Origin: an uncultured Methanosarcinaceae archaeon
Lineage (GTDB): Archaea > Halobacteriota > Methanosarcinia > Methanosarcinales > Methanosarcinaceae
Assembly: GCA_963721455.1 (NCBI GenBank)
Contig: CAVRJG010000054.1
Span: 96,001 to 160,000 of the forward strand
Direction: 5' to 3'
Length of the DNA stretch: 64,000 nucleotides
The position numbers were made by a program, and so were the translations under genes. Each line of letters opens with the position of its first letter. Within the stretch, counting starts at the first letter, position 1. Below are positions 1-10,417 of this stretch, piece by piece. The notes below the pieces were generated by a model. The model saw only the letters and a list, made by a program, of their open reading frames with translations, was not told the DNA's origin and searched no databases.

Positions 1-482
1 AAATATATCAGAGCATAGGCGAAGCGATTAACCGGACATCACGTGGAAATAAAGCTTCTGATGAACCTGAAGAAGTCGACAGTGTAATAGGTTGTGCGTT
101 ACTTGCGAGAAGCGAATTATTCCATAAAATAGGATATTTGAATAAAGATTACTTCGCATATTTAGAGGAAACCGAATGGTGTGTACGCGCTCATAAGGCA
201 TCTTATAGAATAGTTTACGTGCCAAAAGGGAAGATCTGGCACAAGGGTGGAGCTACAAGCAATAAGATAACTGGTTTTTACCTCTACCATTATACAAGAA
301 ACAAATTTTGGTTTATGAAAAAACACTCGACAAATAAACAGTATATTATTTTCTTAATTTATTTTTTCGGGTTTCGGATGTGGGTTGCTATTGTTGGTAT
401 TTTGTATCGTCAAAAAAACACGGGAATATTTCCATCCTTTATCTCTTTCCTAAAGGGAATTAGAGATGGGATGATGAATTGA
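1..482 (+). CDS. GT2-family glycosyltransferase, C-terminal part (runs off window start)
   Basis: Frame is open from base 3; ...DSVIGCALL...YFAYLEETEWCVRA...KIWHKGGATS is typical of the C-terminus of GT2 (rhamnosyltransferase-like) enzymes. Confidence 0.8.
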   Translation, partial: IYQSIGEAINRTSRGNKASDEPEEVDSVIGCALLARSELFHKIGYLNKDYFAYLEETEWCVRAHKASYRIVYVPKGKIWHKGGATSNKITGFYLYHYTRNKFWFMKKHSTNKQYIIFLIYFFGFRMWVAIVGILYRQKNTGIFPSFISFLKGIRDGMMN

Positions 483-522
483 CTTTATAATCGAGTTTAT
501 CCCAAAAGCCATTTTACTCTAT

Positions 523-653
523 GAGCTCATCCCAAAACCAATTTTTGTTTTCACATCAAAAAGAGTTTCATAACCATTTTCATGATCAGAAACTCGATTG
601 ATCATTAGAAATTTGAAATTCAGAGACGCAATATTGAGTTTTGGGATCAGCTC
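523..653. mobile_element. MITE family A (~130 bp)
   Basis: TIRs gagctcatcccaaaac / gttttgggatcagctc, flanked by TAT on both sides; homologous copy at 58835-58963; extra partial TIR at ~493-510. Confidence 0.8.
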
Positions 654-730
654 TATAATCAATAAGAGTTTCCTGGTAAAATATTTGGTTATTATTTATG
701 GACCACCTACTTAAATCGAAAAATTATTCT

Positions 731-1816
731 CTAATTTTGTAAGTACTGTTTCTCAATTCTGGATGAAACTTCGTTCCAATCCATTATCGATTTCAAACCA
801 TTTCCTTTCTCTCTTTTACCTTTCTCCAGGTCCCTTACTGCTTTCACAACTTTTTTTGCAGTAACAGGCATTTCAATCCCCACACAGGCTTTTCCGTCCA
901 CAAACTCCTCAAGGGCACTCCCTTTTGCCACTATACATGGAGTCCCTGCAGCCAGCGACTCAGCAACGGTTATCCCATATGCTTCATGGGAAGAGAACAT
1001 GAGAAATATATCCGCATTTGCATAGCATTCAAGCAGCTCTTTCCTTGAAAGGTCTTTTAACCGTTCAACCCTTCTCTCCACTCCGAGGCTTTTTGCCATA
1101 CTGCGAAGTTCTGCTTCGTATGGCCCTTTCCCCACGACCCTCAACCGGAAATCCTGAAGTTCAGGTAAACTCTGAATAATGTACTGTACTCCTTTATACT
1201 CTTCCAGGCGGCCCACATAGAGAAGAGTTTTCTCTCTCCCGGTTTTCTCTTCTGAACTTTTTCCCAGTTGCCTCAGATTTTCAAACTCTCTGAGGTTTAT
1301 TCCGTTAGGGATTTTTACGGTTTTCGCGGCAACTTTAAAATCCGATTCTAAAAGTTTCTTTTCATACTCAGACACACATATCACGGAATCTGCCCTGGAA
1401 AATATCATCTTCCCGATAAGCCTGTACGGCTTATGTAGCAAGTTCCTGAATGCGGTATGGCCGCGCCGGTGATAATGGGGCGTAAATACAAATTTTCCGT
1501 CGCATCTGGCCAGCGATGCAAAGAATGCAGGAAGCGCATGATAGCTGTGTGCATGAATAACATCATAGTTATGTTTTTTAAGGTAAAAATAGATCTGGGG
1601 AGCAAAGTAATATGCATTTCCTGGTGCAAAAGATCCGAACCTGATGACCTTTACTCCATTTATCATATCTCTTTTATTTAATTTCCCGGTGGGATCTGTT
1701 GTTATAACCTCAACATCATGCCCTGCTTTAACCAGCCTTTCACTGATCTCTTTTACATGGGTTTCCACTCCCCCTATATCAGGGAAGTAACGGGGACAGA
1801 TCTGGGCTATTTTCAA
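731..1816 (-). CDS. GT4-family glycosyltransferase
   Basis: PDIGGVETHV, HAHS, YVGRLEEYKG and EAYGITVAESLAAGTP motifs. Confidence 0.9.
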   Translation of the reverse strand: MKIAQICPRYFPDIGGVETHVKEISERLVKAGHDVEVITTDPTGKLNKRDMINGVKVIRFGSFAPGNAYYFAPQIYFYLKKHNYDVIHAHSYHALPAFFASLARCDGKFVFTPHYHRRGHTAFRNLLHKPYRLIGKMIFSRADSVICVSEYEKKLLESDFKVAAKTVKIPNGINLREFENLRQLGKSSEEKTGREKTLLYVGRLEEYKGVQYIIQSLPELQDFRLRVVGKGPYEAELRSMAKSLGVERRVERLKDLSRKELLECYANADIFLMFSSHEAYGITVAESLAAGTPCIVAKGSALEEFVDGKACVGIEMPVTAKKVVKAVRDLEKGKREKGNGLKSIMDWNEVSSRIEKQYLQN

Positions 1817-1895
1817 GGCCGAACCTCTTTTACATTGAAACTTATACGGAGTAATGCATTAGTTTAATATAAAGATAATGTGATAATTTAGGTAA

Positions 1896-3050
1896 ATGAC
1901 ATCTAACAAAAGCATCTGCATAGTCGGGCCTTCGAAACGTTTTTTAAGTGGCATCAGTTATTATACTATCCGTCTGGCAAATGCCATGTCTGCGGAAAAA
2001 TATGTCTCTGTTGTTTGCTTTCGACAGTTGCTTCCAACCTTTCTTTTCCCTGGAAAATCCCATGTAGGAAAAAACATTTCAGACCTGAATTTTTCACCCG
2101 GGATTCCTGTCTTTGACGGCATGGACTACAATAATCCGTTGACCTGGGTTCAAGCATACCGTTTTCTTAAAGTGCAAAAGCCGGATATCATAGTCTTGCA
2201 GTGGTGGACTTCTTCGGTTGCGCATATGCAGCTTCTGCTAAAAATATTTGCGGATCTTTTGCATAAACCAAAAATAATTGTAGAATTCCACGAAGTTGTG
2301 GATCCTTTTGAAGAATCAATACTTCCGATCCGTTTATATTCGAAAATGACGGGAAAATTGCTTCGTAAAAATCTTGATGCATATATCACTCATTCCGAAT
2401 CGGATAAACAACTTGTTTCGGAAAGGTATTCTATTGCCCCTGAAAAAATCCATGTCATCCCACATGGCCTTTATGATCAGTATGGAGAACTGCTCGACAT
2501 AAGAGCAGCAAGAAAAAACCTCTCAATAAACGATGAGTTTGTTATACTTTCTTTCGGTTTAATTCGAAAGTATAAGGGAATTCCCTACCTGATCAGGGCT
2601 TTTGAACAGTTTCCCTCTGAAATTCTTGAGAAAAGCAGGTTGTTGATTGTCGGGGAAATCTGGGAAGACCGCAAGGAATTACTTGATCAGATTAAGGCTT
2701 CTCCATTCAGTGATAGAATTACGCTGGTAGATGAATACGTTCCTGATGAGAAAGTAAACTTATATTTCAGCGCTGCAGATGTGGTAGTCCTGCCCTATCT
2801 GAGAGCTTCTCAGAGTGGAATTGCGCATATTGCCATGTCTTTTGGAAAACCTGTTGTTGTTTCCGAAGTAGGCGGCTTGAAAGAATCGATGGCTAACTAT
2901 GAAGGAACTTTCTTTGTTCCTCCAGGGGACGTCGATTCTATAAGGAAAGCTATTCTCAGCCAGTTCGGAGAGAGGAAGCATTACGAGGCTCCTGACCAGA
3001 AATGGGATAAAATTATAAACTGTTATATTGAATTAATACAATCTATTTGA
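1896..3050 (+). CDS. GT4-family glycosyltransferase
   Basis: FGLIRKYKG and VVLPYLRASQSG...FGKPVVVSEVGG motifs. Confidence 0.9.
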   Translation: MTSNKSICIVGPSKRFLSGISYYTIRLANAMSAEKYVSVVCFRQLLPTFLFPGKSHVGKNISDLNFSPGIPVFDGMDYNNPLTWVQAYRFLKVQKPDIIVLQWWTSSVAHMQLLLKIFADLLHKPKIIVEFHEVVDPFEESILPIRLYSKMTGKLLRKNLDAYITHSESDKQLVSERYSIAPEKIHVIPHGLYDQYGELLDIRAARKNLSINDEFVILSFGLIRKYKGIPYLIRAFEQFPSEILEKSRLLIVGEIWEDRKELLDQIKASPFSDRITLVDEYVPDEKVNLYFSAADVVVLPYLRASQSGIAHIAMSFGKPVVVSEVGGLKESMANYEGTFFVPPGDVDSIRKAILSQFGERKHYEAPDQKWDKIINCYIELIQSI

Positions 3051-3107
3051 TTTTCTTTTTCGTAATTCTCTATTAATTTATAAAGTTTACTTCTTAAAGG
3101 GGTTACT

Positions 3108-5621
3108 ATGAGTTCTCAGGATCGTCCTGTATCATCATTCAAAGCTAAAATTAAATCCAGCTGGCCTTATACTCTGGCAGTTGCGATAATCGGTTTTGTA
3201 GCTCTATGGGTCAGAACACTTCCATCGGACACTGTGTTCTTGTCCAACGGGTTTGTAAAGTTCACGACCAATGACGCCTGGTACCATATGCGTACTTTAA
3301 ACGTCCTTCTTGAAAATTACCCAAGCAGGATGTTTTTCAACCCAATGACCAACTATCCTTACGGGAGTTACATCCATTTCGGCCCATTGTTCGATCAGAT
3401 GATGGCTCTTATTTCCCTTGTTCTCGGAATGGGCAATCCCGGTCCTGAACTGGTTAACACTGTAGGAGCCTATTTCCCTGCAGTCCTCGGAGCCCTTACT
3501 GTCATTCCGGTTTACTATCTGGGAAAATACCTCGGAGGCCATAAAGCCGGGATCCTGGCTGCGATTTTAATCGCGTTTGCTCCAGGGCAGTTTCTGTCCC
3601 GTTCGCTCATCGGCTTTACAGACCACCATGTTGCCGAGTCTCTATTCAGTACGCTTTTCATGATGTTTTTCATGCTTGCACTTATTTCCTCAAAGGAAAA
3701 AAGCCTGCGTTTTGAAGACGTATTTAATAAAAGATTTAATGTTGTGAAAGAGCCTCTGGTATATTCCGTTATGGCCGGCGTTATGTATTCTGCCTACCAG
3801 CTTTCATGGCCAGGAGCTTCTCTTTTCGAGTTCATTGTCCTTGCTTACGCCGTACTCCAGTACATTCTTGACAATTTCCGTAATGAGTCAAGTGATTACC
3901 TCGGGTTCACAGGTATAGTCACGTTTTTAGTAAGTGCAGTCCTTATACTTCCTTTTGTCCATTCTGATATGGGTTTTTCGCTTTATTACTATTCATGGTT
4001 CCACGTCTTTACCGCTCTTGGGGCAATGGCAGTTTTTGCGGCTTTGAGTTTCATTGAAAGGGAATTCAAAAGGAAGCAGGTAAAGGCTTATTATTACCCT
4101 CTGCTGATCTTCGGAATTGGCGCTCTTGGACTAATAGCAGCAAAAGTTGTATCTCCATCCCTTTATTCGCTGATCATAAATACTCCAAACACAGTTTTTG
4201 GAATTCAAACAGGAGGGCCTTCTACAATCCAGGAAGTTTCTTCTATATTTTACCAGGGCACAACCTTCACCCTATCGAAAGTTTTTGGAAATTTTACCGC
4301 TGCAGGATTCTGTGCTTCTCTGCTCGGAATATTTATTCTGGCTACAAACCTGTTCAGAAAACCGAGGCCTCAGGAAGTACTGGTTCTCGTCTGGAGTATT
4401 CTGATTTTGTTTGCTATTTACGGGCAGAATAGGTTTGCATACTACTATTCCATAAATGTCTCAGTCCTTAGTGCTTATTTAGGAGCTTTGTTCCTCGGAT
4501 TTGTAAAATGGAACAGGCTCGAAGAAAGCTTCAAGGCTAATGTGAAATCGCTTGAAGACATTCCTGAATTCTTGAAATCCATCAAAATATCACAGGTCTT
4601 TGCGGTCCTGATTATATTAGTTGCGTTGATTCTTCCTGAGTACAATGCAGCAATGTTATATGCAAAAGGTGCAGGAAACGAGCCCAATGGACCGTGGATG
4701 GAAGCTACTGTGTGGCTGCGCTCAAACACTCCTGATCCTGGAATGGACTACAATGCCGTTTATGAAGCTCCCAGGAACGGAGAGCTCTTCAAGTATCCTG
4801 ATACTGCATATGGTGTGATGTCCTGGTGGGATTACGGCCACTACATCGAGACAATCGGTCATCGGATGCCCAATGCAAATCCCTTCCAGGCAGGAATCGG
4901 AGGGCGCAGAGGAAGCATTAATGAAGAAAACCAGCCAGGCGCTGCAACCTTTTTCACAGCCCAATCCGAAGATGAAGCAAGTTCTGTGCTTGAAGCTATA
5001 GACCCTGCTCCTGACAAAGCCGGATCACGTTACATCATGTCTGATGAAAGGATGGCTACGGAAATATTCGGGGCGATGCCTGCGTGGACCCTTGATACCG
5101 AAGGGTACTATCAACCTTACTGGACAGGAAGGGAGTATCAGAACCTGCCTTCTGCTCGATACTACAATTCCATGGAGTCAAGGCTGCATATTCTTGACGG
5201 AAACGGCCTGAAACAGTACCGTATGGTCTACGAGACAGAAGCCTATCAAACTCAGGAAGTCGGGTATAAACAGGTTTATAATTTCCTTTTTAATGGCAAT
5301 ATCCCTGAGGTGAACACAGGTTATATCAAAATCTTCGAATACGTCAAAGGTGCAAAAATAACCGGCACTGCCCCCCCCAATGAAACCGTTAAAATAAGCG
5401 CGACAATCCTGACAGGCCAGGGAAGGACCTTTGACTACTTGCAGTCAACAACCTCGGATTCTGAAGGCAGGTATCAATTTACGGTGCCCTATTCAACAGA
5501 CGGTCCGATCCCAGGCCAGACCCGGTTCGATACCGCACCTTCAGGCCCGTATGTATTGAGTTACGGAGACACGACAAAAGAAGTGAGGATAAGTGAAGAA
5601 GCAGTGTTGAACGGAGAATAA
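3108..5621 (+). CDS. aglB: Oligosaccharyltransferase AglB (STT3 family), copy 1
   Basis: Multi-TM N-terminus, DAWYH, DHH, TIQE (TIXE) and WWDYG motifs; lacks the last 4 aa because of a GAA>TAA change. Confidence 0.95.
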   Translation: MSSQDRPVSSFKAKIKSSWPYTLAVAIIGFVALWVRTLPSDTVFLSNGFVKFTTNDAWYHMRTLNVLLENYPSRMFFNPMTNYPYGSYIHFGPLFDQMMALISLVLGMGNPGPELVNTVGAYFPAVLGALTVIPVYYLGKYLGGHKAGILAAILIAFAPGQFLSRSLIGFTDHHVAESLFSTLFMMFFMLALISSKEKSLRFEDVFNKRFNVVKEPLVYSVMAGVMYSAYQLSWPGASLFEFIVLAYAVLQYILDNFRNESSDYLGFTGIVTFLVSAVLILPFVHSDMGFSLYYYSWFHVFTALGAMAVFAALSFIEREFKRKQVKAYYYPLLIFGIGALGLIAAKVVSPSLYSLIINTPNTVFGIQTGGPSTIQEVSSIFYQGTTFTLSKVFGNFTAAGFCASLLGIFILATNLFRKPRPQEVLVLVWSILILFAIYGQNRFAYYYSINVSVLSAYLGALFLGFVKWNRLEESFKANVKSLEDIPEFLKSIKISQVFAVLIILVALILPEYNAAMLYAKGAGNEPNGPWMEATVWLRSNTPDPGMDYNAVYEAPRNGELFKYPDTAYGVMSWWDYGHYIETIGHRMPNANPFQAGIGGRRGSINEENQPGAATFFTAQSEDEASSVLEAIDPAPDKAGSRYIMSDERMATEIFGAMPAWTLDTEGYYQPYWTGREYQNLPSARYYNSMESRLHILDGNGLKQYRMVYETEAYQTQEVGYKQVYNFLFNGNIPEVNTGYIKIFEYVKGAKITGTAPPNETVKISATILTGQGRTFDYLQSTTSDSEGRYQFTVPYSTDGPIPGQTRFDTAPSGPYVLSYGDTTKEVRISEEAVLNGE

Positions 5622-5826
5622 ATAAAAGTCTAAAGCAGTCATGGGATGTGCAGTAGAGTTCACTCCTGCACGTCTACTTTTTCCTTTATCTTTTCTACTT
5701 TTATGCAGCTTATTTTTTGAGACTTTTTCAGGAGCCTGTTACCTTTGCAGAACATTTACTTATTTCTTTTATGTATTCGCCACTTACATATACTATTATA
5801 TACTATTAAAAAAGTTATTTCATGCG

Positions 5827-6087
5827 TCTGGGACTTTCTCAGAACGGAATTGAAATATTGCCACGCCTTTTAGAAAACTTGTTATCGTTTCCGGGGTATG
5901 CGGCTTGAAAGAGCATGTGGCCAGGTACGAGAAACTTTTTTCCTTCAGGAAATATCGAGTCCTTTCGGAAAGCTGTCCTGACCGGCTCAGGACAAAAGAA
6001 AAATATATGAAGCTCCTTACCAGGAGCGGGATAGGGTCATAAATCATTGTATTGAATTGCTACGTCGAGTCAATATCATCTATTTGA
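5827..6087 (+). pseudogene. Decayed copy of the 3' end of the GT4 gene at 1896-3050
   Basis: Aligns by eye to ~2798-3050 (e.g. ttgccacgccttttagaaaacttgttatcgtttcc vs ttgccatgtcttttggaaaacctgttgttgtttcc; both end tctatttgattttctt), with indels. Confidence 0.8.
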
Positions 6088-6148
6088 TTTTCTTCTCCCA
6101 CAAATTATATATTTCATTGCAAAAATTTACCTCTCAAAGGGGATTATT

Positions 6149-8671
6149 ATGAGTTCTCAGGATCGTCCTGTATCATCATTCAAAGCTAAAATTAAATCCA
6201 GCTGGCCTTATACTCTGGCAGTTGCGATAATCGGTTTTGTAGCTCTATGGGTCAGAACACTTCCATCGGACACTGTGTTCTTGTCCAACGGGTTTGTAAA
6301 GTTCACGACCAATGACGCCTGGTACCATATGCGTACTTTAAACGTCCTTCTTGAAAATTACCCAAGCAGGATGTTTTTCAACCCAATGACCAACTATCCT
6401 TACGGGAGTTACATCCATTTCGGCCCATTGTTCGATCAGATGATGGCTCTTATTTCCCTTGTTCTCGGAATGGGCAATCCCGGTCCTGAACTGGTTAACA
6501 CTGTAGGAGCCTATTTCCCTGCAGTCCTCGGAGCCCTTACTGTCATTCCGGTTTACTATCTGGGAAAATACCTCGGAGGCCATAAAGCCGGGATCCTGGC
6601 TGCGATTTTAATCGCGTTTGCTCCAGGGCAGTTTCTGTCCCGTTCGCTCATCGGCTTTACAGACCACCATGTTGCCGAGTCTCTATTCAGTACGCTTTTC
6701 ATGATGTTTTTCATGCTTGCACTTATTTCCTCAAAGGAAAAAAGCCTGCGTTTTGAAGACGTATTTAATAAAAGATTTAATGTTGTGAAAGAGCCTCTGG
6801 TATATTCCGTTATGGCCGGCGTTATGTATTCTGCCTACCAGCTTTCATGGCCAGGAGCTTCTCTTTTCGAGTTCATTGTCCTTGCTTACGCCGTACTCCA
6901 GTACATTCTTGACAATTTCCGTAATGAGTCAAGTGATTACCTCGGGTTCACAGGTATAGTCACGTTTTTAGTAAGTGCAGTCCTTATACTTCCCTTTGTC
7001 CATTCTGATATGGGTTTTTCGCTTTATTACTATTCATGGTTCCACGTCTTTACCGCTCTTGGGGCAATGGCAGTTTTTGCGGCTTTGAGTTTCATTGAAA
7101 GGGAATTCAAAAGGAAGCAGGTAAAGGCTTATTATTACCCTCTGCTGATCTTCGGAATTGGCGTTCTTGGACTAATAGCAGCAAAAGTTGTATCTCCATC
7201 CCTTTATTCGCTGATCATAAATACTCCAAACACAGTTTTTGGAATTCAAACAGGAGGGCCTTCTACAATTGGTGAAGTTTCTTCTATTTTTTACATTGGA
7301 AACGCCTTCACCCTATCGAAAGCTTTTAGTAATTTTACTGCTGCAGGCTTCTTTGCTTCTTTGCTTGGAATTTTTATTCTGGCTGCAAACCTGTTCAGAA
7401 AACCGAGGCCTCAGGAAGTACTGGTTCTCGTCTGGAGTGTTCTGATTTTGTTTGCTATTTACGGGCAGAATAGGTTTGCATACTACTATTCCATAAATGT
7501 CTCCGTCCTGAGTGCCTATCTGGGAGGACTGCTGCTTGAAAAAGTAAAATGGAACGAACTTGATGAGAAGTTTAAAAGTACTGTAAAGTCGCCTGCAGAT
7601 ATTCCACATATCTTTAAGTCCGTCAAAGTAGGGCAGGTCATTGCAGTTCTGGTTATAGTAATATTCCTGATTTATCCGGTATACGTATCTGCAATGCAAC
7701 AGGCAACCGGTTCAAACGAACCCAATGGGCCGTGGATGGAAGCTACTGTGTGGCTGCGCTCAAACACTCCTGATCCTGGAATGGACTACAATGCCGTTTA
7801 TGAAGCTCCCAGGGACGGAGAGCTCTTCAAGTATCCTGATACTGCATATGGTGTGATGTCCTGGTGGGATTACGGCCACTACATCGAGACAATCGGTCAT
7901 CGGATGCCCAATGCAAATCCCTTCCAGGCAGGAATCGGAGGGCGCAGAGGAAGCATTGATGAAGAAAACCAGCCAGGCGCTGCAACCTTTTTCACAGCCC
8001 AATCCGAAGATGAAGCAAGTTCTGTGCTTGAAGCTATAGACCCTGCTCCTGACAAAGCCGGATCACGTTACATCATGTCTGATGAAAGGATGGCTACGGA
8101 AATATTCGGGGCGATGCCTGCGTGGACCCTTGATACCGAAGGGTACTATCAACCTTACTGGACAGGAAGGGAGTATCAGAACCTGCCTTCTGCTCGATAC
8201 TACAATTCCATGGAGTCAAGGCTGCATATTCTTGACGGAAACGGCCTGAAACAGTACCGTATGGTCTACGAGACAGAAGCCTATCAAACTCAGGAAGTCG
8301 GGTATAAACAGGTTTATAATTTCCTTTTTAATGGCAATATCCCTGAGGTTGACACAGGTTATATCAAAATCTTCGAATATGTCAAAGGTGCAAAAATAAC
8401 CGGAACTGCCCCCCCCAATGAAACCGTTAAAATAAGCGCTACAATCCTGACAGGCCAGGGAAGAACCTTTGACTACTTGCAGTCAACAACCTCGGATTCT
8501 GAAGGCAGGTATCAATTTACAGTGCCTTATTCAACAGACGGTCCGATTCCAGGCCAGACCCGGTTCGATACCGCACCTTCAGGCCCGTATGTATTGAGTT
8601 ACGGAGACACGACAAAAGAAGTGAGGATAAGTGAAGAAGCAGTGTTAAAAGGAGAAGAAATCAAAATCTAA
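6149..8671 (+). CDS. aglB: Oligosaccharyltransferase AglB (STT3 family), copy 2
   Basis: Same motifs as copy 1 (TIGE, WWDYG); near-identical except for a central segment. Confidence 0.95.
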   Translation: MSSQDRPVSSFKAKIKSSWPYTLAVAIIGFVALWVRTLPSDTVFLSNGFVKFTTNDAWYHMRTLNVLLENYPSRMFFNPMTNYPYGSYIHFGPLFDQMMALISLVLGMGNPGPELVNTVGAYFPAVLGALTVIPVYYLGKYLGGHKAGILAAILIAFAPGQFLSRSLIGFTDHHVAESLFSTLFMMFFMLALISSKEKSLRFEDVFNKRFNVVKEPLVYSVMAGVMYSAYQLSWPGASLFEFIVLAYAVLQYILDNFRNESSDYLGFTGIVTFLVSAVLILPFVHSDMGFSLYYYSWFHVFTALGAMAVFAALSFIEREFKRKQVKAYYYPLLIFGIGVLGLIAAKVVSPSLYSLIINTPNTVFGIQTGGPSTIGEVSSIFYIGNAFTLSKAFSNFTAAGFFASLLGIFILAANLFRKPRPQEVLVLVWSVLILFAIYGQNRFAYYYSINVSVLSAYLGGLLLEKVKWNELDEKFKSTVKSPADIPHIFKSVKVGQVIAVLVIVIFLIYPVYVSAMQQATGSNEPNGPWMEATVWLRSNTPDPGMDYNAVYEAPRDGELFKYPDTAYGVMSWWDYGHYIETIGHRMPNANPFQAGIGGRRGSIDEENQPGAATFFTAQSEDEASSVLEAIDPAPDKAGSRYIMSDERMATEIFGAMPAWTLDTEGYYQPYWTGREYQNLPSARYYNSMESRLHILDGNGLKQYRMVYETEAYQTQEVGYKQVYNFLFNGNIPEVDTGYIKIFEYVKGAKITGTAPPNETVKISATILTGQGRTFDYLQSTTSDSEGRYQFTVPYSTDGPIPGQTRFDTAPSGPYVLSYGDTTKEVRISEEAVLKGEEIKI

Positions 8672-8851
8672 GACAACCGGGGAGTGCTATTCCCCATTCT
8701 CCTTGATGTTTATATTTTCTTCCTTATTTTTCTTATTTTTTGGGTTCTGTCTTTCCGAGCCTTTTGTTTGAGACGGAATTTGCAGAATATGCTTCATTTT
8801 CCCGCTACTTAGATATACTATTAAAAAAACCTATTTCGCAGGTGAAGTGCG

Positions 8852-9349
8852 ATGGAAAACCCTATCATAGGCCGAGTCTGGAAATTCGGAGACGATATCG
8901 ATACAGACGTGATCATTCCTGGAAAATACCTGCGGACCAAGGATATGCAGGTCTTTGCAGCTCATGCAATGGAAGGCATTGATCCTGAATTTGCAAAAAA
9001 GGTGAAATCGGGAGATATCATTGTAGCAGGCACCAATTTTGGCTGCGGCTCTTCAAGGGAACAGGCTCCCCTCGCTTTAAAATACGCAGGTGTAGCCTGC
9101 GTTGTCGCAAAGTCCTTTGCAAGGATCTTTTTCAGAAACGCAATCAATGTCGGCCTGCCTCTTATGGAATCCGATGTCGAGTGCCAGGAAGGAGATGAGG
9201 TTGAAGTCGATCTGCTCAAAGGCGAGGTTAGAGTTTCCGGAAAAGGCACTTTCAGGGGAAACAAACTGCCGGATTTCCTGCTCGAGATGCTTACTGATGG
9301 CGGGCTTGTAGCTCACAGGAAAAAAATTCAGAGCGAGCAGAAGAAATAA
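8852..9349 (+). CDS. aksE: Homoaconitase / isopropylmalate isomerase small subunit (HacB/AksE type)
   Basis: [15 protein letters not shown] and [11 protein letters not shown]; the YLRT loop is the homoaconitase-type signature. Confidence 0.8.
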   Translation: MENPIIGRVWKFGDDIDTDVIIPGKYLRTKDMQVFAAHAMEGIDPEFAKKVKSGDIIVAGTNFGCGSSREQAPLALKYAGVACVVAKSFARIFFRNAINVGLPLMESDVECQEGDEVEVDLLKGEVRVSGKGTFRGNKLPDFLLEMLTDGGLVAHRKKIQSEQKK

Positions 9350-9412
9350 CCTGATCCGGTAGATACGATAGCTAACTCAAAATTCAATAACCATTCAAAA
9401 CAATCGATACCT

Positions 9413-10291
9413 ATGATTTTTCCTGATGAATATAAGCATGTGGGCGTGACAAAATCCCTCTGCCCGGGCGCTGACGAGCCGATCTATTTTTTGACTGACT
9501 ACCTGATTGCTGAAAGGGAAAATCCCCAGAAAGGCAGTTCCGAGTATGCGGTTTATCACGTGAGAAAAGGCGGAGAAGGGCTGCTTAGAAAGGCTGAAGC
9601 CCTCAAACTGATCGCCTCGGGAGAAGAGGTGGTCAAATATGACAGGGAACTGAACATAAAAGACCGCACACTTCTTATCGAAACCGCCGCAAAACTCTGT
9701 ACCGGCAAAGTAAATACTGTAATTTTTACAGGTGCGGACAGGCACGTTACAATTGTTCATGACCCTGATCCGTCAAGCATTCTTGAAATAGAGATACTTG
9801 ACGTTGCTCCCCCTTATCCTTCCTGGCTTTCCCTGGTTGTGAGAAGGCTTGAAGCCAGCGGAATTTTCGGCGACCTTCAGGTCAGATTTACTGAAAAGGT
9901 GATTGACCTCAGGCGTTTCGAAGGGAAAAATACCGTTTTTCCATGCAGTGCATCGGGACTGGAGGGAAAATGCCTGGATTCGGACGTGCTTACAGAAAAT
10001 GGACATTTGCTTGTAGGGTGCGAGATTTCGAAGACCCTTTTTGAAATGCGCTTTCCTGAACTTGAGTACTCCTTCGTAAACATCTGTCCTTTCCACTCCG
10101 AAATAGTCGTGCCCTCAAGGCCTTTTATTACGCGCTGCTGCAGGTCTGAAAAATCCGGGCTTGTAAATCTCTCAGGTTTTGAAGGAGCTGTTGTCCACTG
10201 GGGAGCATCGGAGTACCAGGTTGCTGAAGCTATCCGACACCTTATAACCAAGCTCAGAAGGGGTTCAGAGGATCTTAACAGTCGGCCTTAA
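9413..10291 (+). CDS. Conserved hypothetical protein with Cys-rich C-terminal half
   Basis: 292-aa ORF, co-oriented with neighbours; FPC, GC, ICP and CCRS cysteines. Confidence 0.75.
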   Translation: MIFPDEYKHVGVTKSLCPGADEPIYFLTDYLIAERENPQKGSSEYAVYHVRKGGEGLLRKAEALKLIASGEEVVKYDRELNIKDRTLLIETAAKLCTGKVNTVIFTGADRHVTIVHDPDPSSILEIEILDVAPPYPSWLSLVVRRLEASGIFGDLQVRFTEKVIDLRRFEGKNTVFPCSASGLEGKCLDSDVLTENGHLLVGCEISKTLFEMRFPELEYSFVNICPFHSEIVVPSRPFITRCCRSEKSGLVNLSGFEGAVVHWGASEYQVAEAIRHLITKLRRGSEDLNSRP

Positions 10292-10417
10292 ATATATCAG
10301 GGTAACTCTCAAAGCATATTATAAAGCATTTTAAGCTTATTTGAGGAACCTTTATGTGCTAGGGGCTCTATTAATCGAAAAATCCCATTTATAAAACGAA
10401 ATTGGAGTAACTATTCA

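Noticed and set aside
690-733. Pyrrolysine read-through of the TAG ending the GT4 gene at 731-1816
   Set aside because: Another TAG follows 8 codons later and a TAA shortly after; no meaningful extension
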